Positions 8,741 to 18,589 are shown, counted from the first letter of the stretch. The stretch: DNA of 48,486 nucleotides from Patescibacteria group bacterium (GCA_023473785.1 JAMCYD010000001.1:1-48486); one strand, 5' to 3'. Numbers and translations are program-made. The notes: generated by a model from the sequence alone, not told the origin.

Positions 8741-9880
8741 ATGGAGCCTCAAAAATTCGGACTACCTCTTGGGCTTACTTTTGATGATGTTCTTCTTCTG
8801 CCTGACTACTCGGATTTCGTACGGCAGGAAATTGATCTTTCAGCAAGTCTCACCAGGAAAATAAAACTTTCGATTCCCTTTGTTTCTGCTCCCATGGATA
8901 CGGTTACCCAGGCAAAACTCGCAATTGCTTTGGCAAAAATAGGAGGCATTGGCGTAATTCATAGAAATTTATCAGTTGAGGATCAGGCAAGGGAAGTTGG
9001 AAAAGTCAAAAAAGAAAAGCTTCTTGTCGGAGCAGCAGTGGGGGCAAGCAGTTTTGAGGAAAGAGTAAAAGCACTTATCAAAGCCGGCGCGGACGTGATT
9101 GTGGTTGATTCAGCTCACGGATTTTCAAAAGGAGTTATTGAAGCAACAAAATATATTAAAAAGAATTTTAAAGTAGAAGTTATTTCGGGAAATATTGCCA
9201 CAGCCGATGGGGCAAAAGCACTTATCAAAGCCGGCGCTGATGCCTTGCGAGTTGGTATGGGTCCGGGTGCAATATGTACGACAAGAATTATATCGGGAAT
9301 GGGCGTTCCTCAAATAACAGCCTTATTTGAGATTTATAAAGTTTCCAAAGAAGCTAGGATTCCCATTATTGCAGACGGGGGAATAAGATACTCAGGAGAT
9401 ATGGTAAAAGCTTTGGCAGCTGGCGCCTCAACTGTTATGATGGGCGGATTTTTTGCACAAGCCCAGGAATCTCCGGGTAAGACAGTTTTGCTCAGAAGAG
9501 AACAGGTTCCAAGCAGGTTTCTAAGTGTGTTTAATAAAAAACATGAAACATACCGTTTCAAGGAATATAGGGGCATGGGATCTCAGGCTGCGATGAGGAA
9601 GGGTGTTAGGGTGAAATCAGAGGATGAGTTTCACGGAAAAAGCTATAAAGACAGAGTGCTTATTGCAGAAGGAATTGAGGGCCTGGTTCCCGTAAAAGGA
9701 ACGGTCAAGGAATTAGTAGATCAGGTGGTAGGCGGTATAAAATCGGGAATGTATTATGTCGGAGCAAAAAATTTAAAACAACTTTGGGAGAAGGCACGCT
9801 TTATGCAAATTACCCAAGCCTCTTTAACAGAAAGCCACCCCCACAGTATTTTAATTACCGATTCTGGAAAAAATTATTAA
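8741..9880 (+). CDS. guaB: IMP dehydrogenase lacking the CBS (Bateman) subdomain
   Basis: [27 protein letters not shown] and the catalytic loop [12 protein letters not shown] are present, along with GGIRYSGD and a C-terminal [21 protein letters not shown] joins directly where the CBS pair normally sits. The protein is 379 aa. Confidence 0.85.
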   Translation: MEPQKFGLPLGLTFDDVLLLPDYSDFVRQEIDLSASLTRKIKLSIPFVSAPMDTVTQAKLAIALAKIGGIGVIHRNLSVEDQAREVGKVKKEKLLVGAAVGASSFEERVKALIKAGADVIVVDSAHGFSKGVIEATKYIKKNFKVEVISGNIATADGAKALIKAGADALRVGMGPGAICTTRIISGMGVPQITALFEIYKVSKEARIPIIADGGIRYSGDMVKALAAGASTVMMGGFFAQAQESPGKTVLLRREQVPSRFLSVFNKKHETYRFKEYRGMGSQAAMRKGVRVKSEDEFHGKSYKDRVLIAEGIEGLVPVKGTVKELVDQVVGGIKSGMYYVGAKNLKQLWEKARFMQITQASLTESHPHSILITDSGKNY

Positions 9881-11403
9881 TGATAATAATTGTTGATTTT
9901 GGTTCCCAGACAACACATCTTATCTCCCGTCGTATTAAGGAACTTGGAGCACCATGCAAGGTTATTGTTCCAGAAAACATAAAAGAAATAAATAAAAAAG
10001 AAACCAAAGGCATAATCTTATCCGGAGGCCCGGCATCTGTATATGCAAAAGGCGCACCATCTATTGATCCAGAGATTTTTTCTTTTAATATTCCCATTCT
10101 TGGAATTTGTTACGGATTTCAGTTAATGGCAAAGCTTCTTGGAGGGAAAGTAGTAGCCGGTAAAAGGGAATACGGACCAGCCGGTTTGAAAATTTCAAAT
10201 TTCAAATTTCAAATTTCAAATGGATTGCCAAAGGCGTTTGTTGTTTGGATGAGTCATGGAGATGAGATAATAGAGCTGCCTAAAGGCTTTACGACGATTG
10301 GTTCAACCGAACATTTCCCGTTTGCGTTTGTGAATAATTTGAAGAAAAAAATCATTGGCGTTCAGTTTCACCCTGAAGTAGAACACACGGAATTTGGCAG
10401 CGTAGTGCTTAAAAATTTTATCGAAATTTGCAATATAAAAACAGCGGAACATCTTATAGATACAGAAGAAATTGAAAAAAATATAAAAAAGATAGCTGGA
10501 GAAAGCTATGTCATCGGTGCCGTTTCGGGAGGAGTCGACTCAACTGTGGCTTCGACTCTAGCAGCAAATGCAATTGGCAAAAAGTTTATTCCAATTTATG
10601 TTGACAACGGACTGATGAGAGCTGGCACAAGGGAACATTTAAAAGAAATCTTCGACCACATAGGTATAAATCTTAGAATAATAGATGCAAAGAAAGAAAC
10701 ACTTATCAAGCTAAAAGGAGTTACTAGTCCTGAGGAGAAAAGAATGTTAATTGGAAAATCCTACATCAGGGTTTTTGAAAAAGAGATGAAAAGACTAGTA
10801 AAACAGGGTAAAAATGTTGAATATCTTCTTCAGGGAACAATTTATTCAGATGTGATAGAAAGTAAGGGAACAAAACATGCGGCGAAAATAAAAAGTCATC
10901 ATAATGTAGGAGGACTGCCAAAAAATATGAAATTAAAACTATTAGAACCTCTTCGCCATCTATATAAAGATGAAGTACGAAGGCTTGGAAAGAAGCTCGG
11001 ATTACCAGAAGATTTTGTCCGAAAACAACCATTTCCCGGACCAGGATATGCAGTGAGAATTCGAGGAGAAGTAACTGCGCAAAGACTTCAGCGGGAAAAA
11101 CAAGCAGATGCCATTGTTCTTGCAGAGCTTGAAAAAGCAGGAGTTTTGCAGAACGTCTTTTTGTCTTTTCCGGTAATGACAAGTGCTTATTCAACCGCTG
11201 TAAAAGGGGACGGTAGGCAATTTGGAGAGGTGATTGCTCTTAGAATTATAGAATCAAAAGACATTATGACAACAACGTGGGCAAGACTTCCCTATGATTT
11301 ATTGCAAAAGATTTCATCAAGGATTGTTAATGAAGTTCCCGGTATCTCAAGGGTTGTTTACGACATTACTACAAAACCTCCTGCGACAATGGAGTGGGAA
11401 TGA
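9880..11403 (+). CDS. guaA: GMP synthase (glutamine-hydrolysing)
   Basis: The GATase domain shows ILGICYGFQL and VQFHPEV. The ATP-PPase P-loop is SGGVDSTV. The C-terminus KPPATMEWE is typical. The start at 9880 ([10 protein letters not shown]) overlaps the guaB stop as TAATG. Confidence 0.92.
   Translation: MIIIVDFGSQTTHLISRRIKELGAPCKVIVPENIKEINKKETKGIILSGGPASVYAKGAPSIDPEIFSFNIPILGICYGFQLMAKLLGGKVVAGKREYGPAGLKISNFKFQISNGLPKAFVVWMSHGDEIIELPKGFTTIGSTEHFPFAFVNNLKKKIIGVQFHPEVEHTEFGSVVLKNFIEICNIKTAEHLIDTEEIEKNIKKIAGESYVIGAVSGGVDSTVASTLAANAIGKKFIPIYVDNGLMRAGTREHLKEIFDHIGINLRIIDAKKETLIKLKGVTSPEEKRMLIGKSYIRVFEKEMKRLVKQGKNVEYLLQGTIYSDVIESKGTKHAAKIKSHHNVGGLPKNMKLKLLEPLRHLYKDEVRRLGKKLGLPEDFVRKQPFPGPGYAVRIRGEVTAQRLQREKQADAIVLAELEKAGVLQNVFLSFPVMTSAYSTAVKGDGRQFGEVIALRIIESKDIMTTTWARLPYDLLQKISSRIVNEVPGISRVVYDITTKPPATMEWE
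10190..10221. repeat. Perfect heptamer tandem repeat (AAATTTC) x4 plus AAAT, inside guaA
   Basis: Read directly from the sequence. It is translated as KISNFKFQISN. Confidence 0.9.
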
Positions 11404-11417
11404 TATTAAATTAAAAA

Positions 11418-12773
11418 TTATGATTTACGCTTATGGGAAACTTTTATTTTGCGACTAAATACTACGCCAGCCCGTTTGAAAGCAATGTCAATATTTCTCA
11501 AATAAAAATTTGGATCAAAAAGTTGTTCTAGTTCCCTAGTATCTATATGTTGACTTATCAAAGGATCCATAATCGCCAATTCTAAAAGTTGTGTTTTTGT
11601 ATCCATTGCTTTTTGAGCAAGACCTTTCACCAGTTCATAGGCTTCTGTTCTTGGTAATCCTTTGTCTAGCAATGCGTTTAGTAAACGGGAACTAAAAATT
11701 GCCCCATAAGTTTTGCCAAGATTTTCAAGCATTCTTTGGGGATAGGTTTCTAACCCATCAATAACTTCTCTCATTAACTTTGCGGCATACATAAGACCTC
11801 CAAACGCATCGGGAAAAGTAAATCTTTCAGTGGAAGAGTGGCTTATATCTCTTTCAAGCCATGGTATTGCCGCATCAAGTTCTTCCGCTGCTGCTCCTCG
11901 GACTCTCCTATTGAGCCCATCGATGCGTTCTGTTAACTCGGTGTTTCTTTTGTGAGGCATTGAGCTTGATCCTTGTTGAGAAGCCGCATCAAAAGGTTCA
12001 CGCACCTCTCCCACTTCAGTCATTGCAAGTAATCTTACATTCATTGCAATGCGTGCCAAAGTAGCTGAATTAACTGCCATAAGAGAAAGAACCTCAGCAT
12101 GTCTATCTCGGCTAATTATTTGAGTTGGCGCAGGATCGGGTTTTAGGCCTAATTTTCTAAGAGCAAGTTCTTCAAGCTTCGGTTCGATAAATACATTTGT
12201 ACCTATTTCTCCTGATAATTTCCCAAAAGAAATTACTTCTTTAGATCTATCTATCCTCTCCACACCTCGTCCTACTTCTGCGTACCAACCTAATAATTGG
12301 CGGCCAAATGTCTGAGGAATTGCCTGTTGAGTATGTGTTCTTCCAATCTGCAACGTGCCTTTATATTTTATAGCCTTTTTCTTTAGTGAGACTCCTAGTC
12401 CTATAAATTCATTTCTAACTAGATTAAGAGCATCAATTGTCTGTAAAGCAAGACTGGTGTCAAGGACATCGGAGCTAGTAAGTCCTTTATGAAGAAAGTT
12501 TCCTACGTCTTTAGGAAGTCTTCCCTGGACTCTTCTAAGCAACTTATTTGTTTCATGTCCTTTGGCTTCATTTAAAGCTGCAATATCTTCTATAGATAGT
12601 TCTAATGCAGCATTAATTTGCATTAATTGCGTTTCTGTCGGTTCTCCATACAGCTTATGACTTGCTTCGCATTGGGCTCCCCAAATTTTTACTTGTGCAC
12701 GGAAATATCCCTCTGGTTCCCAAAGTCTTTCCATATCGGGGACTTGTCCTGCGTAGCGTTCTGGTAATGGCAT
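11418..12773 (-). CDS. purB: Adenylosuccinate lyase
   Basis: Fumarate-lyase superfamily signature SSSMPHKRN. TSSDVLDT and GRTHTQQA motifs are present. 451 aa. Confidence 0.9.
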   Translation of the reverse strand: MPLPERYAGQVPDMERLWEPEGYFRAQVKIWGAQCEASHKLYGEPTETQLMQINAALELSIEDIAALNEAKGHETNKLLRRVQGRLPKDVGNFLHKGLTSSDVLDTSLALQTIDALNLVRNEFIGLGVSLKKKAIKYKGTLQIGRTHTQQAIPQTFGRQLLGWYAEVGRGVERIDRSKEVISFGKLSGEIGTNVFIEPKLEELALRKLGLKPDPAPTQIISRDRHAEVLSLMAVNSATLARIAMNVRLLAMTEVGEVREPFDAASQQGSSSMPHKRNTELTERIDGLNRRVRGAAAEELDAAIPWLERDISHSSTERFTFPDAFGGLMYAAKLMREVIDGLETYPQRMLENLGKTYGAIFSSRLLNALLDKGLPRTEAYELVKGLAQKAMDTKTQLLELAIMDPLISQHIDTRELEQLFDPNFYLRNIDIAFKRAGVVFSRKIKVSHKRKS

Positions 12774-12814
12774 ATAAATTTACGTTCGTACTATATTTTA
12801 TTAGCAGATTAAAG

Positions 12815-14086
12815 TCAAATTTTTATAATCTCGGTTCTTTCGCCTCCGGTTGAAACATATTTAATTTTTGTTCCTGCCAATTTTTCAATTCCTTTCAAAT
12901 ATTCTTTTGCTTCAATGGGTAAGTCAGCATATTTTTTAATACCCTTTGTCGGTTTTTTCCATCCTTTAAAAGTTTTGTAAACCGGTTTAACTCTACTTAG
13001 AAATACGGCATCTCCGGCAGAATAATTAACCTTTTTACCATCATATGTATATGAAGTGCAGACTTTAATTTGAGGAAATCCGTCCAAGACATCAAGTTTA
13101 GTGATAGCAAGACCTGTATAGCCGTTGATCTGACTGGCAAAACGAATAAGTTCAATATCAAGCCAGCCACATCTTCTCTTTCTTCCGGTCGTTGTTCCAA
13201 ACTCGTTACCTTTTTCTCTTAATTTTTCGCCAACGCTTTCAAAAAGCTCAGTTGGGAAAGGACCTGATCCGACCCGTGTCGTGTAAGCCTTAACTACGCC
13301 AATGATATTATTTATATCCCTTGGGGGTATCCCAGCGCCTGCTGTTACCCCGCCTGATAAAACAGTTGATGCGCTTACAAATGGGTAAGTGCCCCAATCA
13401 TTGTCCAGAAAAACTCCATGAGCTCCTTCTAAGAGAATTTCTTTTTTATTCTTTATTGCATTTTGAAGCAGGGGATAGACTTCGGCAACATAGGGTTTTA
13501 TTTTTTCTCTAATTTTTAGAAAATGATCAGCGATTTCATTTTTTGAAAGTTTTTTCTCTCCCAAGGCAGTTAAAATTTTGTTCTTAAGAATAAGCTGGGT
13601 TTCAAGTTTTTCCAAAAACCCTGTTTTGCTTAAGAGATCGGCAATTCTTATGCCGTTGTAACTTACCTTGTCAGCGTAAGTTGGTCCAATACCTCTTCCT
13701 GTTGTGCCGGTTTTTTTCTTCCCTTTTGCTTCTTCGTAAAGTCTGTCAAGAATTTTATGATACGGCATTATGAGATGACAGCGTGGAGAAATAAAAAGTC
13801 TTCCTTTTGTTTTTATTCCGGATTTTTCAAGAGACTCAATCTCCGAGACTAAAACCTCCAAATCAAGTATTACGCCGTTTGATATTATTGCTTTGCTTTT
13901 CTCATTGAAAATTCCCGAAGGGACAAGATGCATGGGGAATTTACCTAATTTATTAATAACCGTATGTCCGGCGTTGTTTCCCCCATGAAATCTGACAACA
14001 TAGTCTGATTTAAGAGAAAGATAATCAATTATTTTGCCTTTGCCTTCATCTCCCCATTGAGAGCCGATTACTAAAGTTACTGCCAC
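12815..14086 (-). CDS. purA: Adenylosuccinate synthetase
   Basis: GSQWGDEGKGK P-loop, GGNNAGHT, GTTGRGIGP, TTGRKRRCGW and AITKLDVL motifs are present. GTG start. Confidence 0.95.
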   Translation of the reverse strand: MAVTLVIGSQWGDEGKGKIIDYLSLKSDYVVRFHGGNNAGHTVINKLGKFPMHLVPSGIFNEKSKAIISNGVILDLEVLVSEIESLEKSGIKTKGRLFISPRCHLIMPYHKILDRLYEEAKGKKKTGTTGRGIGPTYADKVSYNGIRIADLLSKTGFLEKLETQLILKNKILTALGEKKLSKNEIADHFLKIREKIKPYVAEVYPLLQNAIKNKKEILLEGAHGVFLDNDWGTYPFVSASTVLSGGVTAGAGIPPRDINNIIGVVKAYTTRVGSGPFPTELFESVGEKLREKGNEFGTTTGRKRRCGWLDIELIRFASQINGYTGLAITKLDVLDGFPQIKVCTSYTYDGKKVNYSAGDAVFLSRVKPVYKTFKGWKKPTKGIKKYADLPIEAKEYLKGIEKLAGTKIKYVSTGGERTEIIKI

Positions 14087-14150
14087 AGCAAGAGTATTTT
14101 AAGTTAGATCGATATGAAAAGCAATAAGGAAGTGGTAAAATAAACGGGCC

Positions 14151-15911
14151 ATGGATGAGGTTGCAAATGTTCGTGAAAAAATCGATATAGTTTCATTTAT
14201 CAGCGAATATATTCCTCTTAAAAAAGCAGGAAGAAATTTTAAAGCAAATTGCCCTTTCCACAGCGAAAAAACACCATCTTTTGTCGTTTCTCCGGAGCGT
14301 CAGATCTGGCACTGTTTTGGCTGCGGAAAGGGAGGAGATGCTTTCACATTTCTTATGGATTACGATAGCCTTGAGTTTGTCGAGGCGCTTCGCATCTTGG
14401 CTAAAAAGACAGGAATTGAATTACAAGAACACGCGTCTTTTAAAACTGAGACTTCCCAAAAAGAAAGGATATACCGTCTTAATAATCTTGCCTGCGATTT
14501 TTATCATTATCTTCTGACAAAGCATCCGATTGGCAAGCCTGCGCTTTCCTATTTAACAAAAGTCAGGAAAATCGATCCAAGAATCATAGAGACATTTATG
14601 CTTGGTTTTTCTCCGGGAAGAGGAGCTGCCTTATCAAACTATCTTATTGATAAAAAGAAATATAAAAGAGGAGATCTTACAGAGGCAGGATTGTCTTTTG
14701 AGAGAGAAGGAAGAATAGTTGATTTTTTCAGAAATAGAATTATGTTTCCGCTTTTTGACCATAGGGACAATATTGTAGGATTTTCAGGAAGATCAATTGA
14801 TCAAAATAGTCAGGTGGATGGAGGATCAAAGTACGTGAATACCAAAGATACCCCTGCCTATCATAAAGGAAGCATGTTTTTTGGTCTTAATATGGCCAGA
14901 GATGAAATCAAAAAAAACGGTCAAGCGATAATAGTTGAAGGAGAATTTGATGTTATATCTTGCTATGCCGCCGGTATAAAAAATGTAGTTGCTATAAAAG
15001 GAACAGCTCTTACGGATAATCAAGTAACTCTTATTGCAAGGTATGCGCCAAAAGTGACTCTTTGTCTGGATCAGGATGAAGCTGGTTTTGAAGCAATAAG
15101 GAGGAGTCTGCCGGTGCTTGAAAAAAAAGGATTAACAACAACAATTATAAGCCTTGGAAATTTTAAGGATCCGGATGAGGCTATAAGCAGAGATCCATTT
15201 TTCTTCAAAAAATCAGTTAAGAATGAGATTGGTATCTACGATTTTCTAATTGAGCGTTTCTTAAAAAGAGTTGATAAAAAGACAGCCTTAGGGAAGAAAG
15301 AAATTGCCAACAGTCTTCTTCCATTTTTAAGTCTGATTGATAACCAGATTGTCAAAGAGCATTATCTTAAAAACCTGAGTCTTGAACTTGATACTTCATA
15401 TGAAAATCTGGTGCTTGAGATGGAAAAATTGTCTAAAAAAGAAGAGCCAACATCCAGTTTTATCTCAGGCAAAAAAGACAAAAGGGAGAGAAAGGAAGTT
15501 TTGGAAGAATACCTGCTCTCTCTTGTTTTTCAAAGCGAGGACATTGAAGGTTCTTGGAAAATCGCAAATTCAACACTTCTTGACTACTCTTTCGAACTGG
15601 CTTCTTACCAAAAAATTTTTGCTCTTGTTCCTATTTATTTTCAAAATCATAAAGTGTTTCAAAGTAAGCTATTCGGGGAATCACTTCCAAAAGAGATAAT
15701 TTCTGTATTTGATACATGTTTTATATTTCCTCTTCCAAAATTCCAAGATATCGCAAAGTACAATGAGGAATTGGAAAAAGTAGCAAAAGAGCTACGTATC
15801 CTCTATATCAAAAACAAAATTAAGTTTATTAGTCAAAATACAAAAGACGAAAATTATGAAAAAAATCAAAAAGAATTAGCAGCTTTGATAAGTCTTCTGC
15901 CAAAATCCTGA
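14151..15911 (+). CDS. dnaG: DNA primase
   Basis: Zinc ribbon CPFHSEKTPSF...WHCFGCGKGGD. The TOPRIM domain shows IIVEGEFDV and LCLDQDEAG. Confidence 0.9.
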   Translation: MDEVANVREKIDIVSFISEYIPLKKAGRNFKANCPFHSEKTPSFVVSPERQIWHCFGCGKGGDAFTFLMDYDSLEFVEALRILAKKTGIELQEHASFKTETSQKERIYRLNNLACDFYHYLLTKHPIGKPALSYLTKVRKIDPRIIETFMLGFSPGRGAALSNYLIDKKKYKRGDLTEAGLSFEREGRIVDFFRNRIMFPLFDHRDNIVGFSGRSIDQNSQVDGGSKYVNTKDTPAYHKGSMFFGLNMARDEIKKNGQAIIVEGEFDVISCYAAGIKNVVAIKGTALTDNQVTLIARYAPKVTLCLDQDEAGFEAIRRSLPVLEKKGLTTTIISLGNFKDPDEAISRDPFFFKKSVKNEIGIYDFLIERFLKRVDKKTALGKKEIANSLLPFLSLIDNQIVKEHYLKNLSLELDTSYENLVLEMEKLSKKEEPTSSFISGKKDKRERKEVLEEYLLSLVFQSEDIEGSWKIANSTLLDYSFELASYQKIFALVPIYFQNHKVFQSKLFGESLPKEIISVFDTCFIFPLPKFQDIAKYNEELEKVAKELRILYIKNKIKFISQNTKDENYEKNQKELAALISLLPKS

Positions 15912-15916
15912 TATTG

Positions 15917-15925
15917 TGGTAAAAT
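15917..15925 (+). promoter_or_regulatory. Extended -10 TGGTAAAAT, 7 nt before the rpoD ATG
   Basis: TGGTAAAAT-AGACTTA-ATG(15933). Confidence 0.45.
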
Positions 15926-15932
15926 AGACTTA

Positions 15933-17015
15933 ATGAGACGTAAATCTCCCAACATCTTAAAAGATATTGTTGATTCTGCCAAAAAAAGAGGGTATATAAC
16001 TCAGGATGAGATATTGGCAATTTTTCCGCGTCCCGAGGAGCACATAGAGGATCTTGATAAGCTTTACGATAAGCTTCTTAAGCTTGATGTTGATGTATTC
16101 GAGTCGGTTGCCCCGGATCAGGAAAATGAAAAACCAATAGAAGACTTGGAGAAAGAACTCGCCGCTCTTACTGTTTTAACGGAGGGAACAGTCTCTGATC
16201 CTGTTAGGATGTATCTTAAGGAAATAGGCAAGATTCCGCTTCTCAATTTCGAACAGGAGATTTCTTTGGCAAAAAGAGTTGAAAAGGGAGATAGGGAAGC
16301 AAAGCAAATCCTTATAAGCTCAAACTTGCGTCTTGTTGTATCAATTGCCAAAAAGTATGTGGGGAGAGGACTTACTCTTCTTGATCTAATTCAAGAAGGA
16401 AATCAGGGGTTAATAAGAGCAGTTGAGAAATATGACTGGAGACGGGGTTATAAGTTTTCAACTTATGCAACTTGGTGGATTAGGCAGTCCATAACAAGGG
16501 CAATTGCCGATCAGGCCCGAACTATTAGAATTCCAGTTCACATGGTTGAAAATATCAACAGGTTTTTGCGGGCATCAAGAAAACTTATGCAGGAATTAGG
16601 TCGTGAGCCAGCTCCGGAGGAGGTTGCAAAAGTTTTGGGAATTGAGCCGGAGAAAGCAATGGAGATTATTAAAATATCCCAGGAGCCGGCCAGTCTTGAA
16701 TCACCGGTTGGCGATGAAGAAGATTCAAGGCTTGGTGATTTTATCCATGATGCAACAGCCCCAACCCTTTTTGACGGCGCATCACGAGAACTTCTCAAGG
16801 AGCAGGTTGAGCAGGTACTATCAACCCTTTCCGATAGGGAGAAAAGAGTACTTGAGGAGAGATTTGGTCTAAAAGATGGAAAACCAAAAACACTTGAAGA
16901 GGTTGGAAGAATGTTTGCTGTAACGCGGGAGAGAATAAGACAAATAGAAGCCAAGGCTCTTCGAAAACTCCGCCATCCATCGCGGGGCAATAAACTCAAG
17001 GATTATCTGGGATAA
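15933..17015 (+). CDS. rpoD: RNA polymerase primary sigma factor (sigma-70 family)
   Basis: Region 1.2 is [11 protein letters not shown]. Region 2 is [18 protein letters not shown]...[11 protein letters not shown]. Region 3 is IRIPVHM. Region 4 is [28 protein letters not shown]. The gene lies next to dnaG. Confidence 0.93.
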   Translation: MRRKSPNILKDIVDSAKKRGYITQDEILAIFPRPEEHIEDLDKLYDKLLKLDVDVFESVAPDQENEKPIEDLEKELAALTVLTEGTVSDPVRMYLKEIGKIPLLNFEQEISLAKRVEKGDREAKQILISSNLRLVVSIAKKYVGRGLTLLDLIQEGNQGLIRAVEKYDWRRGYKFSTYATWWIRQSITRAIADQARTIRIPVHMVENINRFLRASRKLMQELGREPAPEEVAKVLGIEPEKAMEIIKISQEPASLESPVGDEEDSRLGDFIHDATAPTLFDGASRELLKEQVEQVLSTLSDREKRVLEERFGLKDGKPKTLEEVGRMFAVTRERIRQIEAKALRKLRHPSRGNKLKDYLG

Positions 17016-17023
17016 GTTAAACT

Positions 17024-17752
17024 TCAGCCTAATTTTCTCATCCACTCGTGCGCATACTGCTGGGCCTTTTCAGTTTTTATTACTTCCAATATTTTCTTTG
17101 CAATAAATTCTGCCGAGTCAGCCGGGGGAAGATTACTATTCTCTCCTTGAGCAGGTTTAACAAAGTCATTTCCTTCCAGCATATTTTTTTCAAAATCAGT
17201 AAGAGTTATATATGGATAGACAACATTTACGATGATACTGTCCTTTTTTAATTCTTCGCGGGCGGTAAGAGATAAGGCATTGATCATCCTTTTCGTTGAG
17301 GAATAAGCACTCATATTCGGTAGGTACATAAGTGATGTTCCGGAGCTGATATTTACAATCATCCCGCCGCCTTGTTTTCTCATAATCGGTATTACGGCTT
17401 GCATGGCAACAAGAGGGCCAACAACATTTAACTCAAAAAGCTGCCGAAATTTATCAGTCTGGGTTTTTTCAACCGGAGCATCATACCCTCTCCCAGCATT
17501 ATTAATCAGAATGTCAATTCTGCCATAATGGTTTTTTACTTTATCCATCATTTCTTTAACATTGTTTTCTTTTGAAACATCTGTTGCGACTGGAAATGAC
17601 AGAGGGAGTTCTTTTGAAATTTTTTCAATTTTTTCTTTTGAGCGGGCCACAAGCGCAACTTTCGCTCCTTTTTGAGTCAGAAGTTTTGCCGTTGCAAGTC
17701 CGATGCCCGAAGATGCACCAGTAACAATTACAACTTTGTCTTTAATACTCAT
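17024..17752 (-). CDS. SDR family oxidoreductase
   Basis: TGASSGIG dinucleotide motif, NNAG, and the catalytic S...YSSTK are present. Confidence 0.85.
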   Translation of the reverse strand: MSIKDKVVIVTGASSGIGLATAKLLTQKGAKVALVARSKEKIEKISKELPLSFPVATDVSKENNVKEMMDKVKNHYGRIDILINNAGRGYDAPVEKTQTDKFRQLFELNVVGPLVAMQAVIPIMRKQGGGMIVNISSGTSLMYLPNMSAYSSTKRMINALSLTAREELKKDSIIVNVVYPYITLTDFEKNMLEGNDFVKPAQGENSNLPPADSAEFIAKKILEVIKTEKAQQYAHEWMRKLG

Positions 17753-17791
17753 GCGGCAATTATATCAGAAGGTGCTTTGGTTTCTCATCTT

Positions 17792-18490
17792 CTATTTTAG
17801 TTCCCAGGTTTTTATGATGTTTCTGTCAAGAAAAACTGCATTGCATGTGAGCAGTGTCACCGAGTCAACTGTGTAGGGTTCAAAAGAAATTGATTTTGAT
17901 AATTCCTCGACCCGCTTTAAAAACTCGCGAGTAGGTGCGTTATTGAATCTTGCCAGAGTAGTGTTACTGAAAAAACGCTGTGAGCTTATATATACCTTGT
18001 CGTCCGGCACGCCTGCTTTTTTAAGTTCTCTGTCTAAGTCAAGAATAATATTGTCCAGTTCTGGATCTGTGGTGCCGACAAGAGCAAGGTTATTTGGAAA
18101 TAGCAGTAAGCGATAAAAATAAACATTAAATCTTTTATGACGGGGGATGACTGACTCAAAAACTTGTGTTGCTTTACTTATATCCTCATTTACGAAGTGA
18201 GGCGGGTCATTGATAACTCGAACATTTTTTATAGACATATGCAGTGAATCGGGTGGATAGAAGAAGTAATCAGGCGTTACCTTCCTTAGCGGTTCAATCA
18301 AAAAACTCTCTATTTTATTGATTAACTGCTCATGGGGTATGTGTACGCTTGTTAAGCAGATGCGAGTGTCTTTTCCAAAATCATTAACAGGAGAAACCGC
18401 ACTAAGCCTGAATGAACGGCTAATAACTTGCTGCTCAATTTGGTTAATTAACCCTATCTGCTCTTTTTGATAGGGTGAGGAAATATCCAT
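17792..18490 (-). CDS. Hypothetical protein, possibly a degenerate 2H-phosphoesterase (LigT-like)
   Basis: The first motif is SLHMSIKNV (H-x-S-x). The second position reads SNTTLARF, so H is replaced by N. TGGTATAAT lies 6 nt upstream of the ATG on the minus strand. The family assignment is weak. Confidence 0.5.
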   Translation of the reverse strand: MDISSPYQKEQIGLINQIEQQVISRSFRLSAVSPVNDFGKDTRICLTSVHIPHEQLINKIESFLIEPLRKVTPDYFFYPPDSLHMSIKNVRVINDPPHFVNEDISKATQVFESVIPRHKRFNVYFYRLLLFPNNLALVGTTDPELDNIILDLDRELKKAGVPDDKVYISSQRFFSNTTLARFNNAPTREFLKRVEELSKSISFEPYTVDSVTLLTCNAVFLDRNIIKTWELK

Positions 18491-18550
18491 AATGAAATTA
18501 TACCAGAACCTGAATGTTTTAAATAAGTTCTAGCTTTTCCTTCCCCTCCA

Positions 18551-18559
18551 TGATAGAAT
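18551..18559 (+). promoter_or_regulatory. Extended -10 TGATAGAAT upstream of the pseudo-tRNA / GIY-YIG / tRNA-Asn unit
   Basis: This is the only promoter-like box between the divergent gene at 18490 and the tRNA. It lies 17 nt before the pseudo-tRNA start. Confidence 0.4.
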
Positions 18560-18572
18560 AAGTTTCACAATT

Positions 18573-18589
18573 ATATTCCTCTGTAGCTC
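18573..18589 (+). repeat. 17-nt direct repeat ATATTCCTCTGTAGCTC (copy 1)
   Basis: Identical to 18863..18879, which is 4 leader nt plus tRNA-Asn positions 1-13. Confidence 0.9.

Noticed and set aside
9784-9879. 32-codon N-terminal extension of guaA in the ORF track, overlapping the guaB 3' end
   Set aside because: The glutamine amidotransferase domain begins at [10 protein letters not shown] (ATG at 9880), which forms a TAATG stop-start overlap with guaB. The extension has no homology-like content.
10197-10203. A_AAT_TTC in the guaA heptamer tract has the X_XXY_YYZ form of a -1 programmed frameshift slippery site, in the correct phase
   Set aside because: No downstream stimulatory hairpin or pseudoknot is evident, and the -1 frame has no extended ORF. 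It is most simply a by-product of the repeat.
16538-16999. 153-aa and 61-aa minus-strand ORFs and an 89-aa plus-strand alternative-frame ORF within rpoD
   Set aside because: They lie entirely inside a gene with complete sigma-70 regions 1.2 to 4. Their S/R-rich translations are typical of off-frame reading.
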